Source of the DNA: Spirochaetota bacterium
Lineage (GTDB): Bacteria; Spirochaetota; UBA4802; UBA5550
NCBI GenBank assembly: GCA_963664815.2
Contig: CAXXHB010000002.1
Span: forward strand, 224,001-288,000
Length of the DNA: 64,000 nt
Direction: 5' to 3'
Notes under the pieces: model-generated
The model's database searches: none
What the model was told of the DNA's origin: nothing
What the model saw: only the letters and a program-made list of their open reading frames with translations
Made by a program: the position numbers and the translations under genes
Shown: one piece after another, positions 48,790 to 58,917 of the stretch
Layout: each line of letters starts with the position of its first letter
How positions within the stretch are numbered: the stretch's first letter is position 1

Positions 48790-49980
48790 TTATAATTTAT
48801 ATGAAGCCATAGCTTCTTTAAATTTCGGAACAGCTCTCTGTATTATATTTTCAGATATGCAATAGGCAATACGAATATAACCGGGTCCGCCAAAACCAAC
48901 CCCTGGAACAGCAAGAATATTATATTTCTGTAAATGCCTTACAAAATCTACATCATCTCCGCCTGGCGCTTTGCAGAATAAATAAAACGCACCTTCCGGT
49001 TCAGAAAATTCATACCCCGCATCCTTCAGCCCGGCCATTAAAATATCACGCCTTCTTTTATATATATCAACATTAACAGCTGCATCATTCAGCTCGGCTA
49101 CAATTCTCTGCATTAATGCAGGAGCATTAACAAATCCAAGAATTCTGTTACTGAGATTTAAACCTGCAATAAAAAGATTAACATTTTTCATTGAAGGATT
49201 AACTGCAACATAGCCGATTCTTTCACCGGGTAATGACAGGGATTTAGAGTAAGAATTTACTACCAGTGCATTCTCATATTTTGAAAGTACCGGTGAAACC
49301 TCTTTATTGTCATAAACAATCTCTCTGTATGGTTCATCACAGATCAGGGAAATCGCCCTGTCTCCGCTGTTTTTCCTTTTCAGCATATTACACAGATTAT
49401 CTATATCTTTCCCGCTGTATATTTTACCTGTCGGATTATTCGGGCTGTTTATTATAATTCCTTTTGTTTTAGGTGTTATTGCTTTCTCAATGGCATCAAC
49501 ATTAATCGAAAAATCATCATTTGAATCAACGAGTACAAGAACACCCTGGTGGTTTGATACATAAAAGCCATATTCAGCAAAATAGGGTTTAATTGCTATT
49601 ATTTCATCACCAGGATCAAGAATTGTTTTTAAAATAATATTCATTCCACCGGCAGCACCACAAGTCATTACAATAGAATTACCATCCAACTTAATTTTAT
49701 GATCTTTCTCCACTTTGTGAGCTATGGAACTTCTTACATTCTCAAAACCGGAATTTGACATATATCCATGTACACCCGGTTTTATTGTATCTGCCATCTG
49801 CTTCAATGTTTTAAAAAATTCTTCCGGAGGTTCAATATCAGGATTTCCCAGACTGAAATCAAAAACATTATCAGCGCCAAACTCCGCCTTTAACTTCGCA
49901 CCTTCTTCAAACATTTTCCTGATCCATGAAGATTTCTCTATTGAATCCTGTATTTTCATTGAAACTGACATATTCACCAC
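48790..49980 (-). CDS. Class I/II PLP-dependent aminotransferase (aspartate aminotransferase-like)
   Basis: IINSPNNPTG, DEPY, SYSKSLSLPGERIG and GAFY. Confidence 0.92.
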   Translation of the reverse strand: MVNMSVSMKIQDSIEKSSWIRKMFEEGAKLKAEFGADNVFDFSLGNPDIEPPEEFFKTLKQMADTIKPGVHGYMSNSGFENVRSSIAHKVEKDHKIKLDGNSIVMTCGAAGGMNIILKTILDPGDEIIAIKPYFAEYGFYVSNHQGVLVLVDSNDDFSINVDAIEKAITPKTKGIIINSPNNPTGKIYSGKDIDNLCNMLKRKNSGDRAISLICDEPYREIVYDNKEVSPVLSKYENALVVNSYSKSLSLPGERIGYVAVNPSMKNVNLFIAGLNLSNRILGFVNAPALMQRIVAELNDAAVNVDIYKRRRDILMAGLKDAGYEFSEPEGAFYLFCKAPGGDDVDFVRHLQKYNILAVPGVGFGGPGYIRIAYCISENIIQRAVPKFKEAMASYKL

Positions 49981-49981
49981 C

Positions 49982-50713
49982 CTATTTTCTGTTTTCTTCT
50001 ATCTTTTTCATCAGGCTTTTAATCGCTTCATTTTCCGGTGCAATTCCAAAAGCTTTTTTTGCATAACTTTCAGCATCATTGCTTTTCCCCATCATTACAA
50101 GACTTTGGGCAATATTAAAATTAATCTCAACTGATTCCGGATCGATTGCAAGAGCTACAGAAAAAGCGGCATTGGCGTCACCAAATTTGCCTAATTTCAT
50201 CAACACCATTCCAAGATCGTTATAAGAAAAATAAAATTCAGGATCCATTGCATTTGCCTTTTCCAGTAATTCCTTTGCCCTGCTTAAATTCCCTTTTTTA
50301 TAATAAACTCTTCCCAAAATCCAGAAAAGCATAGGATCTTCCTTTATATTAAAACCATCTTCAATAACCGATTTTGCCGCATTCAGTTTTCCTTTTTCCG
50401 AAAGCATTATTGCCAAATCTATATATGGATCTACTTTAGTTTTATCTATAGCCATACATTTTCTGAAATGAGAAGATGCCGAATCTACATTTCCAAGTTT
50501 CCAGTGATTATGCGCTGCGAGAAATCTTATTTTGTAATTCGGTGAACCCTGTTTAAAATCATCTGCAACAATTAAATCCTTTCCGAGAACTGCCAGAGAA
50601 TCCTGATATTTTTTTTCCTGAAACAACACAAGCGCCTGATCATAGGCCGCAAAAACATCCGAATACATAATTATGAACATCAATGAAAAGAAAAACAGCT
50701 TTTTCATACGCAA
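49982..50713 (-). CDS. Exported TPR-repeat protein
   Basis: Signal peptide (VFA) and tandem TPRs (LGRVYYKKG, YNDLGMVL.KLG, NFNIAQSL). Confidence 0.75.
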   Translation of the reverse strand: MRMKKLFFFSLMFIIMYSDVFAAYDQALVLFQEKKYQDSLAVLGKDLIVADDFKQGSPNYKIRFLAAHNHWKLGNVDSASSHFRKCMAIDKTKVDPYIDLAIMLSEKGKLNAAKSVIEDGFNIKEDPMLFWILGRVYYKKGNLSRAKELLEKANAMDPEFYFSYNDLGMVLMKLGKFGDANAAFSVALAIDPESVEINFNIAQSLVMMGKSNDAESYAKKAFGIAPENEAIKSLMKKIEENRK

Positions 50714-50914
50714 TCCTTTAAATACATTTTGTAAAATTTTAAAGAGTCGTTTATAAAATAAAAACCACTATCTCTATCCTTATAATTCAACAACCTTTAA
50801 GATTTATAGAATGTTTAATTTAAATAAATATCTTTAATCTATGATTATATAAGATTTTTTAATACTGCAATTTATTTTCAATAACTATTTACTGATTTTT
50901 TCATTTTTTAAACT

Positions 50915-50950
50915 AAAAGGGGCCGGTCATTCTTCAGACCAGCCCCTTTT
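50915..50950 (-). terminator. Terminator after ppdK
   Basis: AAAAGGGGC(C)GGTC...GACC(A)GCCCCTTTT inverted repeat with T-tracts. Confidence 0.75.
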
Positions 50951-50979
50951 TATTAAATAAAAAAACTTAAAATTTTATT

Positions 50980-53703
50980 CTACTTTTTTTTCTCATCATT
51001 CATTATCGCAGCCTGTGCAGCAGCAAGTCTTGCAATAGGAACACGAAATGGCGAACAACTTACATAATTGAGACCCAGAAGATGACAGAATTCAACTGAA
51101 TTAGGATCTCCTCCATGTTCTCCGCAAATACCCACCTTCAGATTTTTGTTTACTCCCCTTCCTTTGGTAACTCCCATTTTCATCATTTCACCAACGCCTG
51201 ATCTGTCAATTGTCTTAAACGGATCTGTGGGTAATATTTTTTTATCGATATACTCAGGGAGGAAAACTCCGGCATCATCACGGCTGTACCCGAATGTCAT
51301 CTGTGTAAGATCATTTGTTCCGAAAGAGAAAAATTCCGCTTCGCCTGCTATAACATCCGCAGTTATACACGCCCTGGGAATTTCAATCATTGTACCTACA
51401 TGATAATCTACTTTTACTTTTTTCTGCGACATAACTTTTTCTGCTGTATCAACAATTATCTGCTTCTGCAGCGTAAATTCCTTAATTGTTCCAACAAGAG
51501 GAACCATAACTTCAGGTTTAACATCAACTCCCTTTTTCTTGAGTTCACATGCAGCTTCAAAAATTGCCTGAGCCTGCATCTCAGTAATTTCCGGGTATGT
51601 TATTCCAAGACGGCATCCCCTGTGGCCAAGCATCGGGTTAAATTCATGAAGTGAAGCAACCCTTTCCTTTACCTTTTCAAGTGAGATGCCCATCTCTGTA
51701 GCCATCTCTTTCTGGCTCTCTTCATCGTGTGGCACAAACTCATGCAGCGGAGGATCAAGAAGTCTTATAGTTACTCCATATCCTTCCATAGCGCTCAGAA
51801 TACCGGTAAAATCTTTTTTCTGCATTGGAAGAAGTTTTTTCAGGGCCTTTTTTCTTCCTTCAAGATCTTCAGCAAGAATCATCTCTCTGACAGCCTTAAT
51901 TCTGTCCCCCTCAAAAAACATATGTTCTGTACGGCAAAGGCCTATGCCCTGGGCGCCGAAATCACGCGCAACCTGCGCATCTTTTGGAGTATCCGCATTT
52001 GTCCTTACAATCAGCTTTTTATATTCATCAGCCCATTTCATAATAGTTGAAAAATTTCCGGAGAGTTTGGCATCAATTGTATTTACCTTGCCGAGCATGA
52101 CATCCCCTGTTGATCCATCGAGTGAAATAAAATCACCTTCCTTAATGATAATATCGCCAACCTTCATGATTCTGGAGGAATAATCTATCGCAAGAGTTCC
52201 GCATCCGGAAACGCAGCATTTACCCATACCCCTTGCAACAACTGCCGCATGTGAGGTCATTCCGCCTCTGGCAGTGAGTATTCCCTGCGCAGCATTCATC
52301 CCTTTCAGATCTTCAGGAGATGTTTCTATACGTACAAGAATAACTTTTTCACCCCGTTCATTCCAGTCATCCGCATCATCTGCATTGAAAACAACCTTAC
52401 CTGTAGCTGCTCCCGGAGAAGCCGGCAGGCCCTTTGCGATAATCTGTTTTTTAGCCTTTGGATCGAACGTCGGATGCAGAAGCTGGTCAAGTGAAGCCGG
52501 TTCAACTCTCATAACTGCAGTCTTTTTGTCTATCAGTTTCTCTTCAACCATATCAACTGCAATTTTAACAGCTGCTGCTGCTGTCCGTTTACCGTTTCTT
52601 GTCTGAAGCATCCACAGCTGTTCATCCTGAATAGTGAATTCAATATCCTGCATATCCTTATAGTGTTTTTCAAGTTTCTGATAAACATCTACAAGCTGTT
52701 TATATGCTGAAGGCATATATTCTTCGAGAGAAAGAAACTTTTCTTTCCTTTCTTTTTCTGAAACTTCATTTTCTTTTGCCCATTTTTTAGATCCCTGGGC
52801 TGTTATCTGCTGAGGTGTTCGTATTCCGGCAACAACATCCTCCCCCTGTGCATTGATCAGGTATTCACCAAAAAACGCTTTTTCTCCGGTAGCGGGGTCT
52901 CTTGTAAAAGCGACGCCTGTCCCGCTCTTGTCACCCATGTTGCCATAAACCATAGCAACAACGCTTACTGCCGTACCCCATGAGTCGTCAAAACCGTTCA
53001 TTTTTCTGTAGAGTTTGGCTCTTTCATTATTCCATGACCCGAAAACTGCACCAATCGCCCCCCAGAGCTGCTCCTGAGGGTCATCCGGGAAAGGTTTCTT
53101 CAGTTTTTCCTTGATAAGAGCTTTAAACCTTTTTACCAGCTCTTTTAAATCATCAACATTCATTTCAAGATCAGACTTATAACCTTTTGAATGCTTGAGT
53201 TTTTCCATTACATCTTCAAAGGGATCAGTTTCATCTTTTCCTTCCGGTTTAAGGCCCATAACGACATCGCCATACATCTGGATAAATCTTCTGTACGAAT
53301 CCCATCCAAATCTTTCATTTCCTGATCGTTTAATTATACCCTTAACGGTATTGTCATTCAGACCAAGATTCAGAACTGTATCCATCATCCCCGGCATTGA
53401 AACCCTTGCCCCGGATCTTACAGATACAAGAAGCGGATTTTCAGGATCGCCAAAATTACGGCCCATAATTTTCTCTGTTTTTTTCATGGCCGCTTCAACA
53501 TCCTTATCAAGGCCTGCAGGAAATTTTCTGTTATTTTTGTAATATTCCGTGCAGACTTCTGTTGTTATGGTAAAACCCGCCGGAACGGGAACACCTATAT
53601 TTGACATTTCAGCAAGACCTGCACCTTTACCACCAAGGAGATTCTTCATATCAGAACTCCCCTCTCCGGAACCTCCACCAAAACTATAAACTCTTTTAGC
53701 CAT
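50980..53703 (-). CDS. ppdK: Pyruvate, phosphate dikinase
   Basis: LLGGKGA, SVRSGA.VSMPGMMDT, GGMTSHAAVVARG (phospho-His), LCRTEHMF and GICGEHGG. AAAGGAG RBS before the ATG at 53703. Confidence 0.99.
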   Translation of the reverse strand: MAKRVYSFGGGSGEGSSDMKNLLGGKGAGLAEMSNIGVPVPAGFTITTEVCTEYYKNNRKFPAGLDKDVEAAMKKTEKIMGRNFGDPENPLLVSVRSGARVSMPGMMDTVLNLGLNDNTVKGIIKRSGNERFGWDSYRRFIQMYGDVVMGLKPEGKDETDPFEDVMEKLKHSKGYKSDLEMNVDDLKELVKRFKALIKEKLKKPFPDDPQEQLWGAIGAVFGSWNNERAKLYRKMNGFDDSWGTAVSVVAMVYGNMGDKSGTGVAFTRDPATGEKAFFGEYLINAQGEDVVAGIRTPQQITAQGSKKWAKENEVSEKERKEKFLSLEEYMPSAYKQLVDVYQKLEKHYKDMQDIEFTIQDEQLWMLQTRNGKRTAAAAVKIAVDMVEEKLIDKKTAVMRVEPASLDQLLHPTFDPKAKKQIIAKGLPASPGAATGKVVFNADDADDWNERGEKVILVRIETSPEDLKGMNAAQGILTARGGMTSHAAVVARGMGKCCVSGCGTLAIDYSSRIMKVGDIIIKEGDFISLDGSTGDVMLGKVNTIDAKLSGNFSTIMKWADEYKKLIVRTNADTPKDAQVARDFGAQGIGLCRTEHMFFEGDRIKAVREMILAEDLEGRKKALKKLLPMQKKDFTGILSAMEGYGVTIRLLDPPLHEFVPHDEESQKEMATEMGISLEKVKERVASLHEFNPMLGHRGCRLGITYPEITEMQAQAIFEAACELKKKGVDVKPEVMVPLVGTIKEFTLQKQIIVDTAEKVMSQKKVKVDYHVGTMIEIPRACITADVIAGEAEFFSFGTNDLTQMTFGYSRDDAGVFLPEYIDKKILPTDPFKTIDRSGVGEMMKMGVTKGRGVNKNLKVGICGEHGGDPNSVEFCHLLGLNYVSCSPFRVPIARLAAAQAAIMNDEKKK

Positions 53704-54341
53704 TGATCGTTCTCCTTTAAACATATTAGCGACTAATTATAAGGTTGTTATAAAACCAGAAAATATTTTTTAATACTACCTCAAATACAATATTTCACAT
53801 TATTAAATATAAAAAAAAGAATATTTTTTCAAAAGCATCAAATTGTAAAGGTTTTTTTTCTATTTATTAAATAGTAATAAATTTATAATCAATGTCAAAA
53901 ATTGTTTAATATTAATATTATTATTAATATCATTCCGTGAGCAGTAAAAATTCTGTTTTTTATACTTAACCGGAAAGCTCTGCAAAAATCTGAAATATTT
54001 TATCATTCCTATCTTAAAAATGTTTATTTTTATTGCCATTATACTCTACAGTGGTAATAATTATATTAAAAATTTGATCTCTGATATATAAATTCTTAAG
54101 TCTTCTTTAAAATTATATGATTTACTGTATTTAATCCCGTGATATACGATTATTATACTCAGTTGTTAAAGTAATTAAATTACTTTCTGGTTAAATAGTA
54201 TTAATCAATTAATAAAATAATAGAAAAATATAAATCTTTTCTTCAATTTTTCTTAAAATATTTAATTATTTTCTTTTTAATTAAAATAATTTATAATGTT
54301 CATTAAAAAACCGATATAACATATATAGTATAATATCTGAT

Positions 54342-55388
54342 ATGACAACAATAGACAATAAAACTCTAAACTCACTTGACCGGGATAATCTGGAAAAAAT
54401 GGTTTTTGATCTCCAGAACCTTATTGAAATAGCTCTGAGTTTATCATCAAATCTTGAATTTGACAGTCTCGTTGAATCAATATTATATATATGCATTGGA
54501 CAGATGATTGTTGATAAAGCGGCCATTTTTTTAAATTCCAATCTTGAAAATGATGATTTAACCCTGTATATGTCCCGCGGTTACACTCTTGAACCCGATT
54601 TAAAGATTATTTCCAGGTCTGCACTGATAAATTATTTATATTCAAATTGCGGCATCCTTGATTCTGAAAAAGCAAGAGATTTAATGTCCAGTGATCCGCT
54701 TACGAAAGATACTTATGAAAAATTAAAACCTGAAATTGTAATACCCCTGAAATCCAAAAACTCAATAAACGGTTTAATCTTTTTAAGCCAGAAAATTATA
54801 GATAATTCATATACAGAACAGGATTTCCAGTTCCTTGAAAAAATGGCAAAATTTGCCTCCATATCAGTTGAAAACTCACGGCTTTACAGAATGGCAACAC
54901 TGGATCGCATGACCGGCCTGTTTATTCACCACTATTTTCAGGAAAGGCTGATAGAAGAAATTAAAAGATCTGACAGAAAAGGGACACCTCTTACTTTACT
55001 TATGGCTGATCTTGATCATTTCAAAACTGTTAATGATACATTCGGACATACGCAGGGAGATGTCATTCTTAAAGGAACATCCTCCATCATTCATCAGAAT
55101 ATACGCGGATTTGATATTGCCTCAAGATATGGCGGGGAAGAATTTGCCATAATTCTTCCTGAGACTGATATACAAGCTGCGGAAATAATTGCTGAAAGGC
55201 TTAGAAAGAAAATTGAAGATGCTAACTATAAGAATGATGAAAATCTGATTAAAGTTACTATAAGCATAGGATTAGCCCAGTACAATCATAAAATTGATAA
55301 AAACGGAATGGATCTGATTAATAGAGCTGACTCTTCCCTCTACACTGCAAAAAAACTTGGAAGAAACAGAGTAATAAAATCAGAATAA
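54342..55388 (+). CDS. GAF-GGDEF diguanylate cyclase (spirochaete DgcA-like)
   Basis: N-terminal GAF (L.EIA.SLSS.L, IPLKSK..INGLI.L), DRMTGL, DLDHFK.VND.FGH, RxxD I-site (RGFD) and GGEEF. Confidence 0.92.
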   Translation: MTTIDNKTLNSLDRDNLEKMVFDLQNLIEIALSLSSNLEFDSLVESILYICIGQMIVDKAAIFLNSNLENDDLTLYMSRGYTLEPDLKIISRSALINYLYSNCGILDSEKARDLMSSDPLTKDTYEKLKPEIVIPLKSKNSINGLIFLSQKIIDNSYTEQDFQFLEKMAKFASISVENSRLYRMATLDRMTGLFIHHYFQERLIEEIKRSDRKGTPLTLLMADLDHFKTVNDTFGHTQGDVILKGTSSIIHQNIRGFDIASRYGGEEFAIILPETDIQAAEIIAERLRKKIEDANYKNDENLIKVTISIGLAQYNHKIDKNGMDLINRADSSLYTAKKLGRNRVIKSE

Positions 55389-55414
55389 AGAATAACATTA
55401 TTAAGGAATTCATA

Positions 55415-56215
55415 TTGAATAAAAACATTCAAAACGCCTCGTTTCCTGATAACAGAGAGGAGCTTAACAGTATAATTGATCTTATTAAAAAAAATCCTGA
55501 TAATCATGAAGGGTATATAAAACTGGCTGTTAAATTATCACAAATGAAAAGGTATGATCAGGCTATAAAATCATTTAACAAAGCCAATTCAATAAAAGAA
55601 GATTATATTACACTATATAATATTGGTTGTCTTTATTACGAAAAAAATGATTTTAAAAATGCAATTATTGCCCTTGAAAAATCCAAACTCCTGAATAACA
55701 ATTTTCATATGATCTACTTGCTTACCGGACTGTGTTATGGCAGATTAAATAACTTCAAAGCCTCTGAATCAAATTTTATAAAAGTTCTTATGACTGATCC
55801 GGAGAATCCCACTGCACTTACAGCCCTTGCAGTCCTTTATTACAATCAGGGGAATGTTTTTGATTCATTGAACATTATACGAAGCATTTCCAGCCAGAAA
55901 AATAAATCGGTGCAAAAAATTAAATCGGAGATACTCTTCAATTCAGGAAGGACCTCCGAATCTGTAAATGAGATTAAAGAATATAAGAACAGTAATGAAA
56001 AATTTAAAAATTTTAATGATTATATAAAATCGATTCCTGTAGCAATCCTCTGTGACAAATATGGCTCTATCGAAGAAAAAATACAACAGCTTGAGAACAA
56101 GCCGTCTAAAACCCCGGATAACCTGATCTCTCTCAGTCTATGCCACCTTTTCTCAGGAAACACAGATTCCGCCATTGATTACCTTTATGAAGCAAGAAGC
56201 AGTATAGCCATTTAA
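55415..56215 (+). CDS. TPR-repeat protein
   Basis: TPR-like repeats (GYIKLAV.L, TLYNIGCLYY, ALTALAVLYY). TTG start after AAGGA. Confidence 0.7.
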   Translation: MNKNIQNASFPDNREELNSIIDLIKKNPDNHEGYIKLAVKLSQMKRYDQAIKSFNKANSIKEDYITLYNIGCLYYEKNDFKNAIIALEKSKLLNNNFHMIYLLTGLCYGRLNNFKASESNFIKVLMTDPENPTALTALAVLYYNQGNVFDSLNIIRSISSQKNKSVQKIKSEILFNSGRTSESVNEIKEYKNSNEKFKNFNDYIKSIPVAILCDKYGSIEEKIQQLENKPSKTPDNLISLSLCHLFSGNTDSAIDYLYEARSSIAI

Positions 56216-57841
56216 TTATTTCTTTTTGAAAATAGATTTTATTTTTCCTATTAATGATACCTTTTTCTCTGACGATTTTACACGGGATTTTTTCCCGCTT
56301 TTCACAGGTTCGGCTTTTATCTCCCTTTTAATAGTAAAATCTTCTCCGTATCTCTCTTTATAATAATCCATTCTCTTATCAAGGGTCAGATTCTTGGACA
56401 ATCGTTCTTTCCCGGCAGCAGCAATATTCTCTTTTTTCCTGTCATTTTTTTCCGATTTATCCTTAACAGCAATCCGATCTGATTTTATTTCTTTATCAGT
56501 CTCTTTAAATCCGGATTTTATCTCTTTCTTCCTTTCGGGTATTTTTTTATAGTCTTTTTTATCAGTTTTTGCAGCAGATACAGGTTTCTCACTTCGTTTT
56601 TTACCTTTGCCCGATTTATCAGATTTTTTCTCATCATGTTCTGATACAATTCTTATCTGCTTTGACTCTTTCATAAAATTACGGATAAACTCATCGCTGC
56701 TTACATCCTCCAGAAACAATTCATCTGCAGCCCATTCTACAGGTATTTTCATTTTAATGTATGCTTCTATAGCTTCAAGCCCATAAACAAATTTTTCACA
56801 GGCAAAGGTTACTGCCATTCCCGTCTTTCCTGCCCTTGCAGTCCTTCCAATCCTGTGGACATAATTTTCGTAATCTTCCGGGATATCAAAATTTATCACC
56901 AGATCAAGATCATTAATATGAAGCCCCCTGGCTGCTACATCTGTCGCGACAAGATATCTCAGTTTTCCTGATTTAATATTTTCAATAATCTTTGTTCTTT
57001 TACTCTGAGGTAGATCCCCGATTATATAACTGCATTCATATCCGTTGCCTGCAAGCCGGGCGGCAACTTTCACTGCATCCTGTTTGGTGTTTGTAAAAAT
57101 CAGCGTATTCTGGGGATTTTGTTCTTTAAGAATACCGAGTAAAAGATTTATTTTTTCATTTGTACCTACATGATACAGAACCTGTTTTATTTTATCTACT
57201 GTAACCTGCCCTCCGGAAACATTAACCTCGGCAGGATCGTTCATATATTCCCAGGCAAGATTTTTTACCTTTGAACTTAACGTAGCGCTGAAAAGCATTG
57301 AAATCCTTTCAGATGGTGCGGCCATTCTTTTAAGCATACGTTTTATATCCGGGAAAAATCCCATATCAAACATTCTGTCTGCTTCATCAATTACCAGTAT
57401 CGAGAATTCGTTGAATTTAATCTTTCCGCTACCTGCAAAATCTATTAATCTTCCCGGAGTTCCTACATAAATATCAACACCCTCTTTAAGGGCTGTTTCC
57501 TGCTGATTGTACCCCACTCCTCCATAAAAACTTTTAATTTTAAAATCTAGGAATGTACCTAAAAGCTTTCCCTCTTTTTCTATCTGAATTACAAGTTCTC
57601 TCGTCGGCGCGAGAATAAGAACTTTTCTGTTTTTCATTTTTTCATTTGTCAGGAGAAGATGATAAAGTGGTATCATAAAAGCAGCCGTTTTCCCTGTACC
57701 GGTCTGGGATTGCACAAGAATGTCTCTTCCGGCAAGAGTATATTTAAGAGATTCTGCCTGTACTTCTGTGCAGTCTATAAAACCTGCCTTTTCAATACCT
57801 TTTAATATCCTTTCATCAAGATTGAATTCACTGAATTTCAT
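56216..57841 (-). CDS. DEAD-box RNA helicase (RhlB/RhlE-like) with Lys-rich tail
   Basis: Q motif, SQTGTGKT, PTREL, TPGR, DEAD, SAT, ARGL and HRIGRTAR. Confidence 0.96.
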   Translation of the reverse strand: MKFSEFNLDERILKGIEKAGFIDCTEVQAESLKYTLAGRDILVQSQTGTGKTAAFMIPLYHLLLTNEKMKNRKVLILAPTRELVIQIEKEGKLLGTFLDFKIKSFYGGVGYNQQETALKEGVDIYVGTPGRLIDFAGSGKIKFNEFSILVIDEADRMFDMGFFPDIKRMLKRMAAPSERISMLFSATLSSKVKNLAWEYMNDPAEVNVSGGQVTVDKIKQVLYHVGTNEKINLLLGILKEQNPQNTLIFTNTKQDAVKVAARLAGNGYECSYIIGDLPQSKRTKIIENIKSGKLRYLVATDVAARGLHINDLDLVINFDIPEDYENYVHRIGRTARAGKTGMAVTFACEKFVYGLEAIEAYIKMKIPVEWAADELFLEDVSSDEFIRNFMKESKQIRIVSEHDEKKSDKSGKGKKRSEKPVSAAKTDKKDYKKIPERKKEIKSGFKETDKEIKSDRIAVKDKSEKNDRKKENIAAAGKERLSKNLTLDKRMDYYKERYGEDFTIKREIKAEPVKSGKKSRVKSSEKKVSLIGKIKSIFKKK

Positions 57842-58182
57842 TTATATAGACTCCATATGCTTATAAAACGTACCCATTAATAAACTATCTGTAAAGTATA
57901 TTCAGACTAAGATTCCGTACCTCAACAGATAAACACTGCAATAATTTAGTATATACTATCAATATTAATTACTTAACATATATTTTGTGTATAATCAAGG
58001 ATTATATCTCCACCGCCTTCAGCAGCAAAAAAAATAGAATATTTTATATTAAAAATGTTCAGAAATTCTTATTAATATACTGTTAAGACATATGCTGATA
58101 AAAGATTCTATTTGTAAAGTAAAAGGAAAAAATTTACAAAAATAAAAAAATTGACATTCTGTGAATAAATACCCCAATGGTA

Positions 58183-58197
58183 ATTGGTTCAACCAAT
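58183..58197. promoter_or_regulatory. FadR/GntR-type operator
   Basis: Palindrome ATTGGTTCAACCAAT (TGGT-N3-ACCA) with extra flanking half-sites. Lies downstream of TTGACA (58151) and just upstream of the GntR gene. Confidence 0.75.
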
Positions 58198-58215
58198 AAA
58201 CCAATGAGAGATTAA

Positions 58216-58917
58216 ATGTTCACTGAAATCAATAAAAAAAACCTGAGTGACGCGGTCGCTTCCCAGATAATAGATCATATTGTTACCGGCGCAATAGCTG
58301 CCGGTGAAAAACTCCCTCCGGAAAGGGAAATTTCAGTTAAAATGAATGTTAACCGCCATACAGTCCGGGAAGCACTCAGAAAAATCGAGTCAATGGGACT
58401 TCTATCAATACGCCAGGGTGACGGTATCTACATTAAAGAATACCGCGATTCCGGAAATCTTGAACTTCTGAAACATATCCTTTACCGTCAGAATGATAAA
58501 ACATCCGCAGTTCTTAAGGATATTCTTGAAATACGAAGGATAATATCCCCCGAAATGGCCGAAAAAGCTGCACTTAACCGGACTGAGCATGAAATTTCAC
58601 TGCTTCAGAAAATTCTGGTTTCTCAGCAATCAGTAATAGAACGTGACATTGCCATTCACCACGCAATTGCTGAAGCTGGAAATAATATTCTCTATATATT
58701 TATTCTGAATTTCTTTAATGATATTTTCAAGGATTTCGGCCATCTTTACTTTTCATCAGAGGAGAATAAAAAAGTAACCAATAAATTTCACACAGATATT
58801 TCAAAAGCAGTAATTTCCGGAGATGGAAAATCATCAAAAAAAATTATGCTGGATGTCATGATATATTCTGAAAAAAAAATTCTGATCAGCCTGGAGAAAA
58901 ACAATGATAAGAACTGA
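58216..58917 (+). CDS. GntR/FadR-family transcriptional regulator
   Basis: GEKLPPERE, VNRHTVREAL, RQGDG wHTH and an FCD domain (EIR, H.AI..A.N). Confidence 0.93.
   Translation: MFTEINKKNLSDAVASQIIDHIVTGAIAAGEKLPPEREISVKMNVNRHTVREALRKIESMGLLSIRQGDGIYIKEYRDSGNLELLKHILYRQNDKTSAVLKDILEIRRIISPEMAEKAALNRTEHEISLLQKILVSQQSVIERDIAIHHAIAEAGNNILYIFILNFFNDIFKDFGHLYFSSEENKKVTNKFHTDISKAVISGDGKSSKKIMLDVMIYSEKKILISLEKNNDKN

Noticed and set aside
53725-54341. About 620-bp very AT-rich spacer as a possible oriC or ncRNA
   Set aside because: No DnaA boxes (TTATCCACA) or stable stems seen. It is explained by divergent ppdK and dgc promoters.
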